Assembly (NCBI GenBank): GCA_034780895.1
Contig: JAUZTB010000069.1
Coordinates: 11,992,669-12,056,668, forward strand
Direction of reading: 5' to 3'
Length of the DNA: 64,000 bases
Source of the DNA: Rhynchobatus australiae
Lineage: Eukaryota
Every line of letters begins with the position of its first letter. Position 1 is the stretch's first letter. Both the position numbers and the translations under genes were made by a program. Positions 50,800-62,663 of the stretch are shown piece after piece. Under the pieces are notes generated by a model that saw only the letters and a list, made by a program, of their open reading frames with translations, did no database searches and had not been told where the DNA came from.

Positions 50800-52595
50800 T
50801 GGCTGCGAGGTCGATGGGGGAAGGAAAGCTTTAAATAATTGCACAGTTAGGAAGAAAAGTGTCAAATGGAATTTAGTCAGAGAAATGTGTCATTATGTTT
50901 TTTTGGGGAGATGCAACAAAGGCAAGGGATTGTACAATGAATGGGAGAATATTGACAACGGTGGACGAACCTTGGATTACATGTTCACAGATCCTTAAAT
51001 GTAGATAAAGTGTTTCAAAAATTAACAGATGGTTTGTTTCATTAGGTCAAATCACAAAATTAAGAGCAGAGTAGTTATGCTAGAATTGCATACAACACCT
51101 GCCAGGCCACAGCTTGAGAATAATGTACAGTTCTGGTGCCCATATTGTTGAAAAGATGTAATTATACTGGATACAAAATTTACAGATATTCTGAGGAATG
51201 GGAAATTTTAGCAATGAGGAAAGATTGGTCAGACTTCCTCTGTCTTCCTCTTCGGAACAGGAGTCAAGTAGCACAGAAACAATAACTTTGGTCTGCCACC
51301 TGTACTGACCATCAAGCACCAATCCATACTAAGCCCAATGACCCACACTTGGCCTGTAGCCTTTAACGCCTTGCAATTCAAGTGCTCATCTAGGATGCTA
51401 CTTAAATGATGCGAGTATCTGCTTCCAACATCCACTCAGACAGGGCACTCCAGATTTCAACCACTTTCTGGTTAAAAATATTTCCTCCTTCAATTCTCCT
51501 CTAAACCTCCTACTCCTTATCCTGTACCAATGCCCTCTAGTTTTAGACACATCTGCTTTGGGGCAAAAAAAAATTATACTAACTACCCTGTCTATGCCCC
51601 TTATAATTTTGCATACCTCTATCAACTTCCTATGCTCCAAGGAAACCAATCCTAGTCTGTCCGTTCTCTCTTCATAACTGAAAAGCCCCATCCTAGGTAT
51701 CTCCTTTGCATCCTCTCCTTTGTCCTTCCTTTAGTATGGCAACAAGAACAACACACAGTACTCTTGCTGTGGCCTAACCAATATACTAACTTGTACCATA
51801 ATCTCCCGGATCTTATATTGATACCCCAGCTAATGAAGGCAAGTATCCTGTATGCCTTTTTCACCATTTATCAACCTGTGATGCCACCTTCAAGCATCCT
51901 TGGATTTGTATATCAAGGTTCCTCTGTTCCTCAAATAATCCCAATGTGTCTGCCATTCACTGTGTGCATCCTACCACATGCTCTCAAAGTGCATCACCTT
52001 GCACTTATCAAGATTCAATTCTAAATGCCATTGCCCTGCCCATTTGACCAACTGATCAATATCATCCTGTAGCCTGACTATCCTCCTCGCTATCAACATC
52101 ACCAATTTTCATGTCATCTGTAAACTTACTAATCATACTACCAATATTATTATCCAAATCATTAATGCATATAAACAAGAACTAAGTGTCCCATCACCAA
52201 TCCCTTTGATACACCACTGGTCACAGGAGGCTGGGAGGAGACGCAGTGAGTGCATGAACATGAGGAGCTTAGAAAGAGTAAATAAGGAGAACCAATTTCT
52301 CTTAGCTGAGGTATTAAAAACCAAGGATCATAGATTTAATGTAGTTGAATTGGTGACTTTTAAGAATTTCTTTTTCACCTTGAGGGCAGTAGGAATCTTG
52401 AGGTGACTGACTGAAAGTGGAATACAGGCTGAAATCCTCACCACATTTTAGTAGTGCCAGGATAAATGAAGAGCCTTCACTTGCAGAACTACAGATCAAG
52501 TAACAGGAGGTAGGAGATGGGATAAGTTTGCATGGCTCCTTCATAATGAGCACAGGCACAATGCTCCAAATTGCCTCCATCTATGTCACAAATTT
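50800..52595 (+). mobile_element. Old + strand CR1 3' fragment split by an inserted minus-strand CR1
   Basis: The + part (50800-51263) ends at a decayed EERLDRLGLFSLEQ. It resumes at 52229 with a decayed RLRGDL..RSLERVNKENQFLLAEVLKTKDHRF and 3'UTR. Confidence 0.7.
51264..52226 (-). mobile_element. CR1/HER1-type LINE, 5'-truncated in RT
   Basis: Minus-strand ORFs give FSYEERTDRLGLVSLEHRKLIEVCKIIRGIDRV and MVKKAYRILAFISWGI. ISKFTDD and a VTSGVSKG remnant are near 52110-52225. Confidence 0.88.
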
Positions 52596-52949
52596 TCTTT
52601 GATGTCTACCATTTATTTACTGACAAGGTGGAGACAAAAGCAATCAATAAAGACCATTTTGTACATATCTTAATGTTTTGAAAGAGAGGAAGCAATGTCA
52701 GGAAAGATACAAAGAAAAACACAGTCATCAAAAACAAGCAAATACTAGAAATATTTCTTGTGCTCTGAGGATTATGTCAAATAATCCCCAGGAGACACAT
52801 ATATACTTGTTGTCTTTTAAAAATTAATGACAATTTGCTCCAAGAATCTATNNNNNNNNNNACAGTAAATTCTGGAAGTATTCAGTAGAAAGATTAAGGA
52901 GCATAAGCACAATAATCTTATTGAAAAATACACACTTAACAAACCAGAC

Positions 52950-54010
52950 AGTGAATACTTGAAGAGCTCAGCAGGTCAGGTAGCATCAGTAGTTTAGAAA
53001 TAAAGTCGATATTTCAGTCAAGGACCCTTCATTAGAACAAGAAAAGTGACAAGAAGTCTGTTTTCAGTTGCAGAGAGGAGGAGAGGGTGAGAACAGAGTC
53101 CACTGCCCAATACATCACAGGCACATCTCTCCCCTCAAGAAGGCAACATCCATCAAAAATCTCCACCATCCATGCCATGCTATGCCATCGTTTTGCAGCT
53201 ANNNNNNNNNNNNNNNNNNNNNNNNNNNNNNNNNNNNNNNNNNNNNNNNNNNNNNNNNNNNNNNNNNNNNNTGGTTCTTGAACCAACTAGCAAAATCCAA
53301 ATCACCACAATAAAGAAAAAGTTCTGTGTGGGATTGGAAATGAGAAGGAGAATTAAAATGACAGAAGAACTAATATGACATGACTAGAAGCTGACAGTTG
53401 AATCTTTATATTCAGCATTGTTGCCAATAATGTCCTCCTGAGCCATTCCACACTTAAAGCAGAGTTTTCTGTAAATTTATTTTGTATTAGAGAAGCTCAA
53501 GGTCACATTTATGGACTGGATGGAAGCATTCTCCTTTCAAAATTCCAAAGGGACATTCCCTCCATAACCCCCGGTCCACCTTTCCATCTCCACCAGCCTC
53601 TCCCCTTCTCACAGCACTGTGGGAGATGCAACACCTGCCCCTTTACTTTTCCCCTTCCCACTATCCAGCGACCCAAATGGTCCTTCCAGGGAGAGAACCA
53701 ATTCACTTGCACCTATTCAATTTAGCGTATTGCATTTGATGCACACAATGTGATCTCTTCTACACCAGAGAAAGTAAAGATTGGTTGACTTCCACTTTGC
53801 AGAACACTTCTGTTGGCCCATACGAGTGACCCCAAGTTTCCAAACACAAGTCACACAAATTCTCCATCACAGTCCCACTCAGACATCTATCTTTAGCCTC
53901 CCACGTTCCTCCAATGATGCCCAACACCAGCTCAAAGAACAGCAACTCATCTTCTAACTCAGTAAACTAAACCCTCTGAACTTAATACTGAATTTAGTAA
54001 TTTCCACTAG
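52950..54010 (+). mobile_element. Penelope-like remnants (terminal repeat and GIY-YIG region) with a small Rex1 fragment at about 53095-53290
   Basis: 53650-53810 (caattcacttgcacc..gtattgcatttgatgcacacaatgtgatctcttctacacc..tttgcagaacac) is a decayed FTC..YCI.C..C..LY..E..FAEH GIY-YIG motif. The Rex1 piece reads TAQYITGTSLP..KKATSIKNLHHPCH. Confidence 0.7.
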
Positions 54011-55899
54011 ACCTCTTCTTATGCACCCACCCCCATCTATAGATGCAATGATAGCTTTGTTTCAATTTACAGGTGACCCTGCATTATGGGGGGGTGGAAA
54101 TTGCATTCCTACAAAATAGTGTTTCACAATTTTCCATAATGCAAAGCTGCATCATCTACNNNNNNNNNNNNNNNNNNNNNNNNNNNNNNNNNNNNNNNNN
54201 NNNNNNNNNNNNNNNNNNNNNNNNNNNNNNNNNNNNNNNNNNNNNNNNNNNNNNNNNNNATCATCTACGCATGTATCAAAGAAAATGCAAGTTGAAAAAA
54301 AAAGTGTATTTTTATTTACTTTTCTCTCACAAATTCCATGACAGTGAATTTCATTCTGCATCTCAAATTTTTGAGTAGTAATTTGTGAATTCTGTAAGGG
54401 GAAATTTCCATTACCCAAACAACCATAACATGGGGATTGCCTGTATGATGTTTCAAGCTGTTTCTGCATCATTTTACATCACTGTTCCAAAGGTCAATTT
54501 TTAAAAAAAAAGTAATTGATATCTTGATTAAAAAAAAACCAACAAACTGCTGGAGGAACTCAGTCCTGCATAGACGAGCTATCTTCCCTCTACACTCTCA
54601 GTCCTGCTGCAGGGTCCTGACCCGAAACATCAACCATTTCTTTGCCTTCACAAATACTACTTGACCCGCTGAGTTCCTCCATTGGTTTGTTTTTCATTCA
54701 GATTCCAGAATCTGTAGTTCCTGGTGTCTCCATGATACTGTGACAAATTTGGTCTGTCTTATCACAGACATCACCTCTGTTCCCTCCATCTCCCCCTCCC
54801 TGCAACCATCAGAACTGGCAAAGTGAGACGGGGCCTTGATCTGCAACATCAACTGGTTCTCCCTCATTGATGCTGCTGCCTGACCTGCTGAACACTTCCA
54901 GCATTATATTTGTGTTTTGGAATTCTAGCTTGTGAATTTTTTTTTGCACAAGCTACAAATGAAACATTTCTGTCTAAACTCAGTTTGTTCCAAGTTTTGT
55001 CCTTGTCTAGCTCAAGTTAGCAACTTGGATAGAATGGACGAGTTGGGTTGAAGTACCTCTTTTCGTTCTGTAAAACTGACTCTTTTACTCTAAAATAAAT
55101 TGTGGAACTGCTGTGAGAATGCATTAGATAGAATTTACCATGCAGGACCACATATTAGTGCAGCTGTACAAATTTTGTGTTTTGTGTTCTTGATCAACAA
55201 AATTAGTTAAAGAAACATCCAGCAGCATTTTCCCACAAAAGTAGAGTCCTGATGAAGGGTCCTGACCTAAAACACTGACCATCCTTTTGCCTCCACAGAT
55301 GCTGCTTGACCCACTGGGTTCCTCCAGCAGTTTGTTTCTTGAAAAGTAATGAGATAGCTCATAGCCTTGATTTGTGTGGACATACTCCAAGGCACAGGCA
55401 GTAGCAATAGTGTAAGCACTATATTTATTGATTATTCTAATAGGAAGTGGGCACTAGCAACATGGTCAGCATTTGCTGCAGATCCTTAATTGCTCGAGAA
55501 GTTAGTTGCTTTTGGGGACCAACTTCTTGAATCATTCAAGTCCTAGTTTATCCCACACTACTGTTAGATGAGGAGTTCCAGGATATTGACCCAGAAGTAA
55601 TGAAAGAGCAGCAATAAAATTTTCAGGTGAAGATGGTATGAATAAGAGTTTAATTGTTCCCAAAGGTCACTTATTACTTGAAGTGCTCAGGAATTTATTA
55701 AGGATTGCTAGTTATGATACACCCTGGGACGTGTGCCATGGTTTACTGGCCTCAGATTTCTCATTTAATGGTTCAGTCTTTAAAGTTAGCAGCAGATCTT
55801 TTCACTTGGCTGCTTGAGCTGATGAGGACTACAGTCCACAGGGCTCTCCCCTTGGCCATCTCTATCTTGACTACTCCCTCTGTCTGTTTGATTTTGTTT

Positions 55900-56430
55900 T
55901 CTTTTGGAATCCCTTATCCATGGAAAAATAAGAGTAGGCCATTTGATCTTTCATGTGAACATGGCTGATCATTTGAGCATCAAATTCTTCCTCTCCCCCA
56001 TGATGCCTTTTTCTTCCTTCTTAAACATATTCAGCAACCTGGCCTTCAAGCTTCAATGGTACAGAATTCCACAGGTTCACCGCCCTTTGAGTGAATAAAT
56101 TTCTCCTCTGTTCAGTTCTAAATGTTTTTCCCTATACCCAGAAACTATGACGCTTTGTTGGAGTTGGTATTGGTTTATTATTTTCACTTGTACCGAGGTA
56201 CGGTGAAAAGCTTATTAAAAAAAAGCTATATTTATTTAAAAGCTTATTAAAAAAAAGCTTATAAAAAGCTTAAAAATTGATCTAGATACCACCTGCCACC
56301 CCAAAAAAGATCTATTTATCAATACTCCCCATTTCCTGTCTATCAATCAATTTTCAATCTATGCTGGGATGTTAGCCATGTGTTTTAATTTTGAACACTG
56401 ACCTCTAAAGTAAAACTTTATCAAATCTGC
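55900..56430 (-). mobile_element. Decayed CR1 3' fragment containing a short inverted Rex1 tail (56164-56212)
   Basis: CR1 motifs gagtaggccatt and agaattccacaggttcaccgccctttgagtga. The Rex1 tail ttggtattggtttattatt..cttgtaccgaggtacggtgaaaagctt is the reverse complement of the 19215-19257 type tail. Confidence 0.65.
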
Positions 56431-59221
56431 ATACCCTTTTTCAGAGGACAGTAAGACCTTTACATTGATAAGCAGTTTAAGTGCACTCTCTTTCTCAATT
56501 ACCTAATTAAAAGAGGATGCCTGCGCATGAGGGACTTCTGCTCCACATGATCAAGGTGCTTTCCCAGTGACATCATCTCTGACATTTGTTCAGTCAACAT
56601 TTCTCCAAGATAGCAGAATGGAGCACAATAAGGCTCCTTCTCAAGGTCTTTATCATGTCCAGTTCATTCTTGAAGAGCAACCTGTTTCTGAACTATCCTC
56701 TTGGGTAGTTTGTGATCTTGGTAAATAATTTATCCTGCACATTTCAAGGTCATGCTGACAAACTAACATAGTTCGTCCTCTTCAAACTGCTGAAATTAAC
56801 ATAAGGAATTTAGTATTTTAATTAGCATAATTGACCAATACTAAAGCTTATCCTTTTGGGTGTTAGAAGTTGTAGCTACAAGTGTTATGAAAGAAGCATT
56901 GGTAGGTGACCACAGTGCTGCTTGTTTAAGCTCATGGATGAGATTGTTGTGCCTTGGATAACATGGAGCTTCTTCTGTTCTCAAAGCAAATACAGAGTGT
57001 TGCAGAGGGTTTTGTTTTGCCCCTTGCTTGTACCTTGTAGTGGGCAGATAGGTTTTCGGAAATAATGCAAGTCACTTGACCATGGGTGCTTTGCCTCTTT
57101 CCTGCTCTTGCTGTCATTGTGCTCAGTGGTCTAGTTACATTTTTGGTCACTGGTGACCGGAGATCATTGTGATGATCATAGTGAATGTCAATGAGAAGTG
57201 GTTGGAACCTCTTGTTGAAGATAGTCACTCCCATTCAAAACAAGTGCCAGGCAATGGCCATCACCTGCCACTTATTAATCCAACCATCTATTGTTCAGGT
57301 CTTGATGTGCATGGATGTGGTTTGCCACCTTAATTGTGAAGCTGCAGGTGCAACTAGAGCACTACAATCAGGCTCAGGACATCCCCATTCTTAATAAACA
57401 GGCATTGTTACACTTCTTTTTCACAGATGCATTCATCTTTCCTTTGTTCAGGTGTTCAAACATCCACTTAAGATTACTCTTGGTATTACATATATTTATT
57501 CTCTGTCAGTAACTAATCTTGCTATTACACAGCTGCTTAATGGGGCCTTCAACAATACAGTCTTATGTTCCATAAAACCCAAGCATGCATCAAGTCACGT
57601 ATTATCTGCCCACTGAAAATAAAGGTTAAAATACCAAGATTTATATAATTATATTTACTTATGCGGGAATTACTTAAAAGGTTCAGAAACAAAAAAACTT
57701 CACTTTGATTGGTCTATATTTATAAAATTAATATTTGTGACCTGTCTAGGTTTTTAAAATGCAAAAATCAAATCCTCACTTTAGGAGAAAGATTTAAGTG
57801 TCACATTCCCATGGCATCCTACCATCCGTCACAACCCCTAAGGGAATTCCAGTCTATTTATTTAAGGAAATGAAAAACACCAACAGCTGCATAGCTATCC
57901 CACTCCCACACACACACATACAACAATACTATGAAAAAAGTAACTGGAACATAATTTCAAAATTTTAAAAGCACTTCAAGTAACTGTATTCCATTCTCAA
58001 AACAAATGTCTGCATTTTCTTACTTTTTTTTAATAAAAGAGTATGTTCCAATCCATTTCCCTAACCATTCTTTTCTGTTCTTTCACTACCTCACAAATTA
58101 TCCTGCAGAAAATGCTTTAGCCTTTGACAGTGGACTTCAGATGAGCCCTCTGCTAAATATTAACTAAGAAAACCAAACAAGGTGAATAAACCCTCAACTA
58201 AAATGTCACAGCTAGGAGGAGCAGAATTCCTATGAACAAACAATGTTTACCCACACAGGCTTTTTTTTCTTTCAACTTTGTTTTTTTTTAATTTAAATAC
58301 TTGGAAGTTGGTGTTTCATACCAAAGTATAATTTGAAGGGCTATTAACACGTGCCTATTTTTCTTAAGTGATTGCAGAGCAGTCAATTAAAGAATGATTA
58401 GCTACTCACAAAGTATTCTTCTAATAATTGTTTTAGCCACACAAAGTAATCTCAGTAGAAGTTATCATATGCACAAGAATTCTATGCATTTCACAGGGAA
58501 TACACCTGTGGTACACACAATTTTAACATGTTACCAATGCACAGTGAATAACTGCACATATAACAGACACAAAACACTCATGCTGCATTTTGTATTTTAT
58601 TTATTCAAAGAATCCAGAGGTTTGAATTCAATTCTATCCAGTAAGATGTTTGCTGCTCTTCCTATAAATATACCAATAGGGTAGTTTCAATCTAGTTCAA
58701 CAGTATACTGAAACATTGTATAAAAAATTCAATATTTTGTTGATATTTGAAATGGTGCTCTGATGTTTGTGCATTGCTAAATGAGTAAATGGATAAAATG
58801 GCAGATCAGTATATATCCAATATATATCCCTGTTTATATCCCTGAGGGATATAAATTTATATCCCGGACCAATTTATATCCCTGAGGGACAAAATCTCAC
58901 CAAAATAAGCTTAAGCCTAAATAAGCAAAATAAGCTTAAGCTTAACCAAAGAGGAAAGAATTTTGAAACTTAGTGAGGTGAAGAAACTAAAAGACACACA
59001 ATTGCAAAAATGTACACAGGTCATGATAGAAATAGTAAGTACAAAGGGCACCAAAGCTCTAAGAGATAAAAGCAGTGAGCAAAAAAAAGTAACTTGCAAG
59101 GGATCCCCATGTCAATGAGAAAGTTTAGGAGAAATTAGGAAAAAGTATGGTCAGGAGCAATGTGGGTGCCTTGTAAAGTGAAAATAGTAATTTTATTAAT
59201 AAAGAAATGAAAAAAAAAGTA

Positions 59222-60103
59222 GTAGAGTTAAGAAAAGCAAAAGTAAAAAGACCCTGATGGGAATTATATACAGGCCTCCAAATGTGGGGTACAAATTACA
59301 ACAGAAGTTAGAAAAGGCATGTAAAAAGGGCAATGTTACGGTGGTCATGGGGGATTTCAATATGCAGGTAAGTTGGGAAAATCAGGTTGGTACTGGATCC
59401 CAAGAGAAGGAATTTGCAGAATGCCTACGAAATGGCTTTTTAGAGCAGCTTGTGGTTGAGCACACTAGGGAAAAAGCAATCCTGGATTTGGTGTTGTGCA
59501 ATGAACTACATTTGATTAGGGAGCTTAAGGTGAAGAAACCATTAAGGTAACTACACAGGCACAAGAGAGGAGCTGGCCAAAGTTGATTGGAAGGGACCCA
59601 AGCAAGGATGACAGTAGAGCAGTAACGGCAGGAGTTTCTGGGAGTAATCTGGAAGATGCAGGACCAGTTCAATCCAAAGAAGAAGCAGCATTCCAAAAGG
59701 GAGGAAGAGACAACCGTGGCTGACAAGGGAAGTCAAAGACAGCATAAAAGCAAAAAAGAGGGCATACAATATTGCAAAAATTAATGGGAAGCTAGAGGAT
59801 TGGGATACTTTTAAAAACCAAAAGGTGGCAACTAAAAAAGCAGTAAGGGGAGAAAAGATGAAATGTGAAGGTAAACCAACCAATAACATAAAAGAGGATA
59901 CCAAATTTTTTGTCAGATATATAAAAAGTAAAAGAGAGGCAAGAGTGGACATCGGATCGCTAGAAAATGATGCTGGAGAGGTAGCACTGGGGAACAAGGA
60001 AATGGCGGATGAACTGAATAAGTGTTTTATGTTAGTCTTCACTGTGGAAGACACCAGCAATATGCCAGAAATTCGAGAGAGTCGGGGTAGAAGTGAGTGT
60101 AGT
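59222..60103 (+). mobile_element. CR1 LINE ORF2 N-terminal region (AP endonuclease and linker), disrupted
   Basis: MGIIYRPPN..VVMGDFNMQVSW..FLEQLVVEHTREKAILDLVLCN, then PWLTREVK and KFFVRYIKSKREARVDIGSLENDAGE..EMADELNKCFMLVFTVED. Confidence 0.92.
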
Positions 60104-60203
60104 NNNNNNNNNNNNNNNNNNNNNNNNNNNNNNNNNNNNNNNNNNNNNNNNNNNNNNNNNNNNNNNNNNNNNNNNNNNNNNNNNNNNNNNNNNNNNNNNN
60201 NNN

Positions 60204-60441
60204 TGAGAGAGAGAAGTGTGTGTGTGAGAGAGAGATGGAGGTTTGTGTAGGAGATAAAGATTGAGATGGGGTTTGTGTGTATGTGTGCATAAACTTGCAT
60301 ATGCACTTGTGTTTGTGTGCATGCATATGTGTATATATTTGTGCATGTGTGTTTGCATTTACATGTGTATGTACGCATGCCTGTGTGTATGTGTGAGCCT
60401 ACGTGTGCTTACATAGGTGTGCATACATGTGCCTGTGTGTC
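60204..60441. repeat. Degenerate (GA)n/(GT)n and alternating purine-pyrimidine tract
   Basis: tgagagagagaagtgtgtgtgtgagagagaga..gtgtgtatgtgtgcat..gtgcatacatgtg read directly. Confidence 0.85.
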
Positions 60442-61039
60442 AGTGTTAATTTGAAAGCCTATGTCATCCCCCATTAGAACGGCAGACTATATTTATACAG
60501 GCCTATAACATCACAGAGCACTCCAAGGCACTTGTTGAACAAGCATCACGTACCTCTGTGATTTGGGAAGGCATTTTGAAATGATGCATAGCTTTGGACC
60601 GAAACAAGATATATATTTGGAGCAAATCACTTGAGGGAGCTGTGTAAAATGAACCCAGTGTGTTGATGTGAATCTCACTGACGGATGGGGCTGCTTTATT
60701 TTAACTGGAAGGTACCTCAGGGCCCTTCCACTGCTGACTTGGGGTCACATTGCGTCACGGCTGTTCTTTATTTGTGTCTATCTGTTCCATTAATCCAGCC
60801 ACTGGGCCTGGCACCACCGAGTAAATGATGTTCTGTGACGTTATCTCCCATAGCAACAGAAAAACAGCAAATCAAAGGCAGTCGTGCCGATGTCCTCCTA
60901 ACGACCAACAGACAGGCAGAGCAGACCTTGGTCACATGATTCTTTTTAAAGGGGCAACATCTTGATGGGAAAATGCTTGAACTTTTGTCTTCTCAATGGT
61001 TTGATTCCTTTTTCTGCTGAACCTGGTACATCAAAGTCG

Positions 61040-61315
61040 GCTTTTTTAAAGTCCATGTATGCACAGGTGCTGTGAAAAACTTACTTGCAGAAGCGTCACA
61101 GGCACATAGTATCATATCAGCAGCATTCGCAAGATAAAAATCAATTAAACATAAATTATACGCAAGTTTTACAAGAAAGAACACAATTAGAAATTACAAA
61201 GCCCATCAACTCTGAACTGATGCCAATTACACAGTTACAAAAAAAGATCAATTTTAGTGTAAAGTTGCTAAAATGTAGTGATTAGGGCTTTGCCGGTTGG
61301 TTCAAGAACCGAATG
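61040..61315 (-). mobile_element. Rex1-type 3'UTR fragment, with an opposite-orientation copy at about 61885-61997
   Basis: taaacataaattatacgcaagttttacaagaaagaacacaattaga (61147-61191) is approximately the reverse complement of tctaattgtgttttttcttgtaaagaatgtatataatttatgttta (61944-61990). Confidence 0.6.
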
Positions 61316-61999
61316 TAGATATCACCAATGGTGCAGAGAGCTCCACAGTTAACCCTCGGTCCGTGGGGGATTAATACACCTCGATCAGCTGCCTTCATTG
61401 CAAGAACAAGCTCAGTGTTTCCAGTCTGCTTCAAATGTTCATGTAACCTTATAGCTGAATCTCTCCCAGTTGATTGGATTGAGGTGCCAGGAAGTGAAAG
61501 AGGACCTTATCAAAAATTGGGAGGTGAAAGGTCATTCATATCTAGTGGGAAGGACAGATAGAATTAGACAGGACTAAAAGTTCATTCTCAGAACAGGTGA
61601 ATGACATAGCCATGTTCTTTCATTGCACATTGAGCACATATGGTAGAGGAAGAGTTTCCACCACAGAATATTCTTTAAGTGATTTTTCAGAGAGAATTGG
61701 GAGCACATATACGCAGTTTGCAAAAGCAAACACACAGTATTCAGAAGGCAGGTGGTATAATGGCTTTTAAGTTAAGAGGATCGGAGTACAAGACCAAGGA
61801 CTGTTGGGGCTGGGCATCACTTGAAGAAGTGCATGTTGGAGGATGTACAGTGTAGATTTGCCCGATTGGCTTTTAGAACATAGAGCAACACCGTGACCAC
61901 TTTGATCACTTTGCATTGAAATGGACTTTGTGCTTTTTTTTGCTCTAATTGTGTTTTTTCTTGTAAAGAATGTATATAATTTATGTTTAGTTTATGATT

Positions 62000-62663
62000 A
62001 ACTTGCAGGTAGTAAGGAAGGCAAATGCAATGTTAGCATTCATTTCGAGAGGACTAGAATATAAAAGCAAGGATGTAATGCTGAGGCTTTATAAGGTGCT
62101 GGTCAGACTACATATGGAGTATTGAGAGAAGTTTTGGACCCCATATCTGAGGAAGGATGTGCTGGCGTTGGACAGGGTCCAGAGAAGGTTTACAGGAATG
62201 ATCTCAGGAATGAAAGGGTTAATGTATGAGGAGCATCTTATGGCTCTAGGCCTGTACTCGCTGGAGTTTAGAAGGATGAGGGTGGATCTCATTGAAACCT
62301 TACAAATATTGAAAGGCCTGGATAGAGTGGATGTGCAGAGGATGTTTCCAGTAGTGGGAGAGTCCAGCACCAGAGGGCACAGCCTCAGAATAGAAGGACG
62401 TCCCTTTAGAACAGAGATGACAGGAATTTCTTTAGCCAGAGGACGATGAATGTGTGGAATTCATTTCCACAGACGGCTGTGGAGGCCATTGGGTATATTT
62501 AAAGCAGAAGCTGATAGGTTCTTGATCAGTTAGGGTGTCAAAGGTTACGGGAAGAAGGTGGGAGAATGGGTTTGAGGGGGAAAAATAATTCAGCCCTGAT
62601 CAAATGGAGGAGCAGACATGAAAGGCTAAGTGGCCTAATTCTGCTCCTATGTCTTATGGTCTA
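62000..62663 (+). mobile_element. Relatively young CR1 LINE 3' end
   Basis: QVVRKANAMLAFISRGLEYKSKDVMLRLYKVLVR..LALDRVQRRFTGMISGMKGLMYEEHLMALGLYSLEFRRMR..VGESSTRGHSL. Tail ggcctaattctgctcctatgtcttatggtct. Confidence 0.92.
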
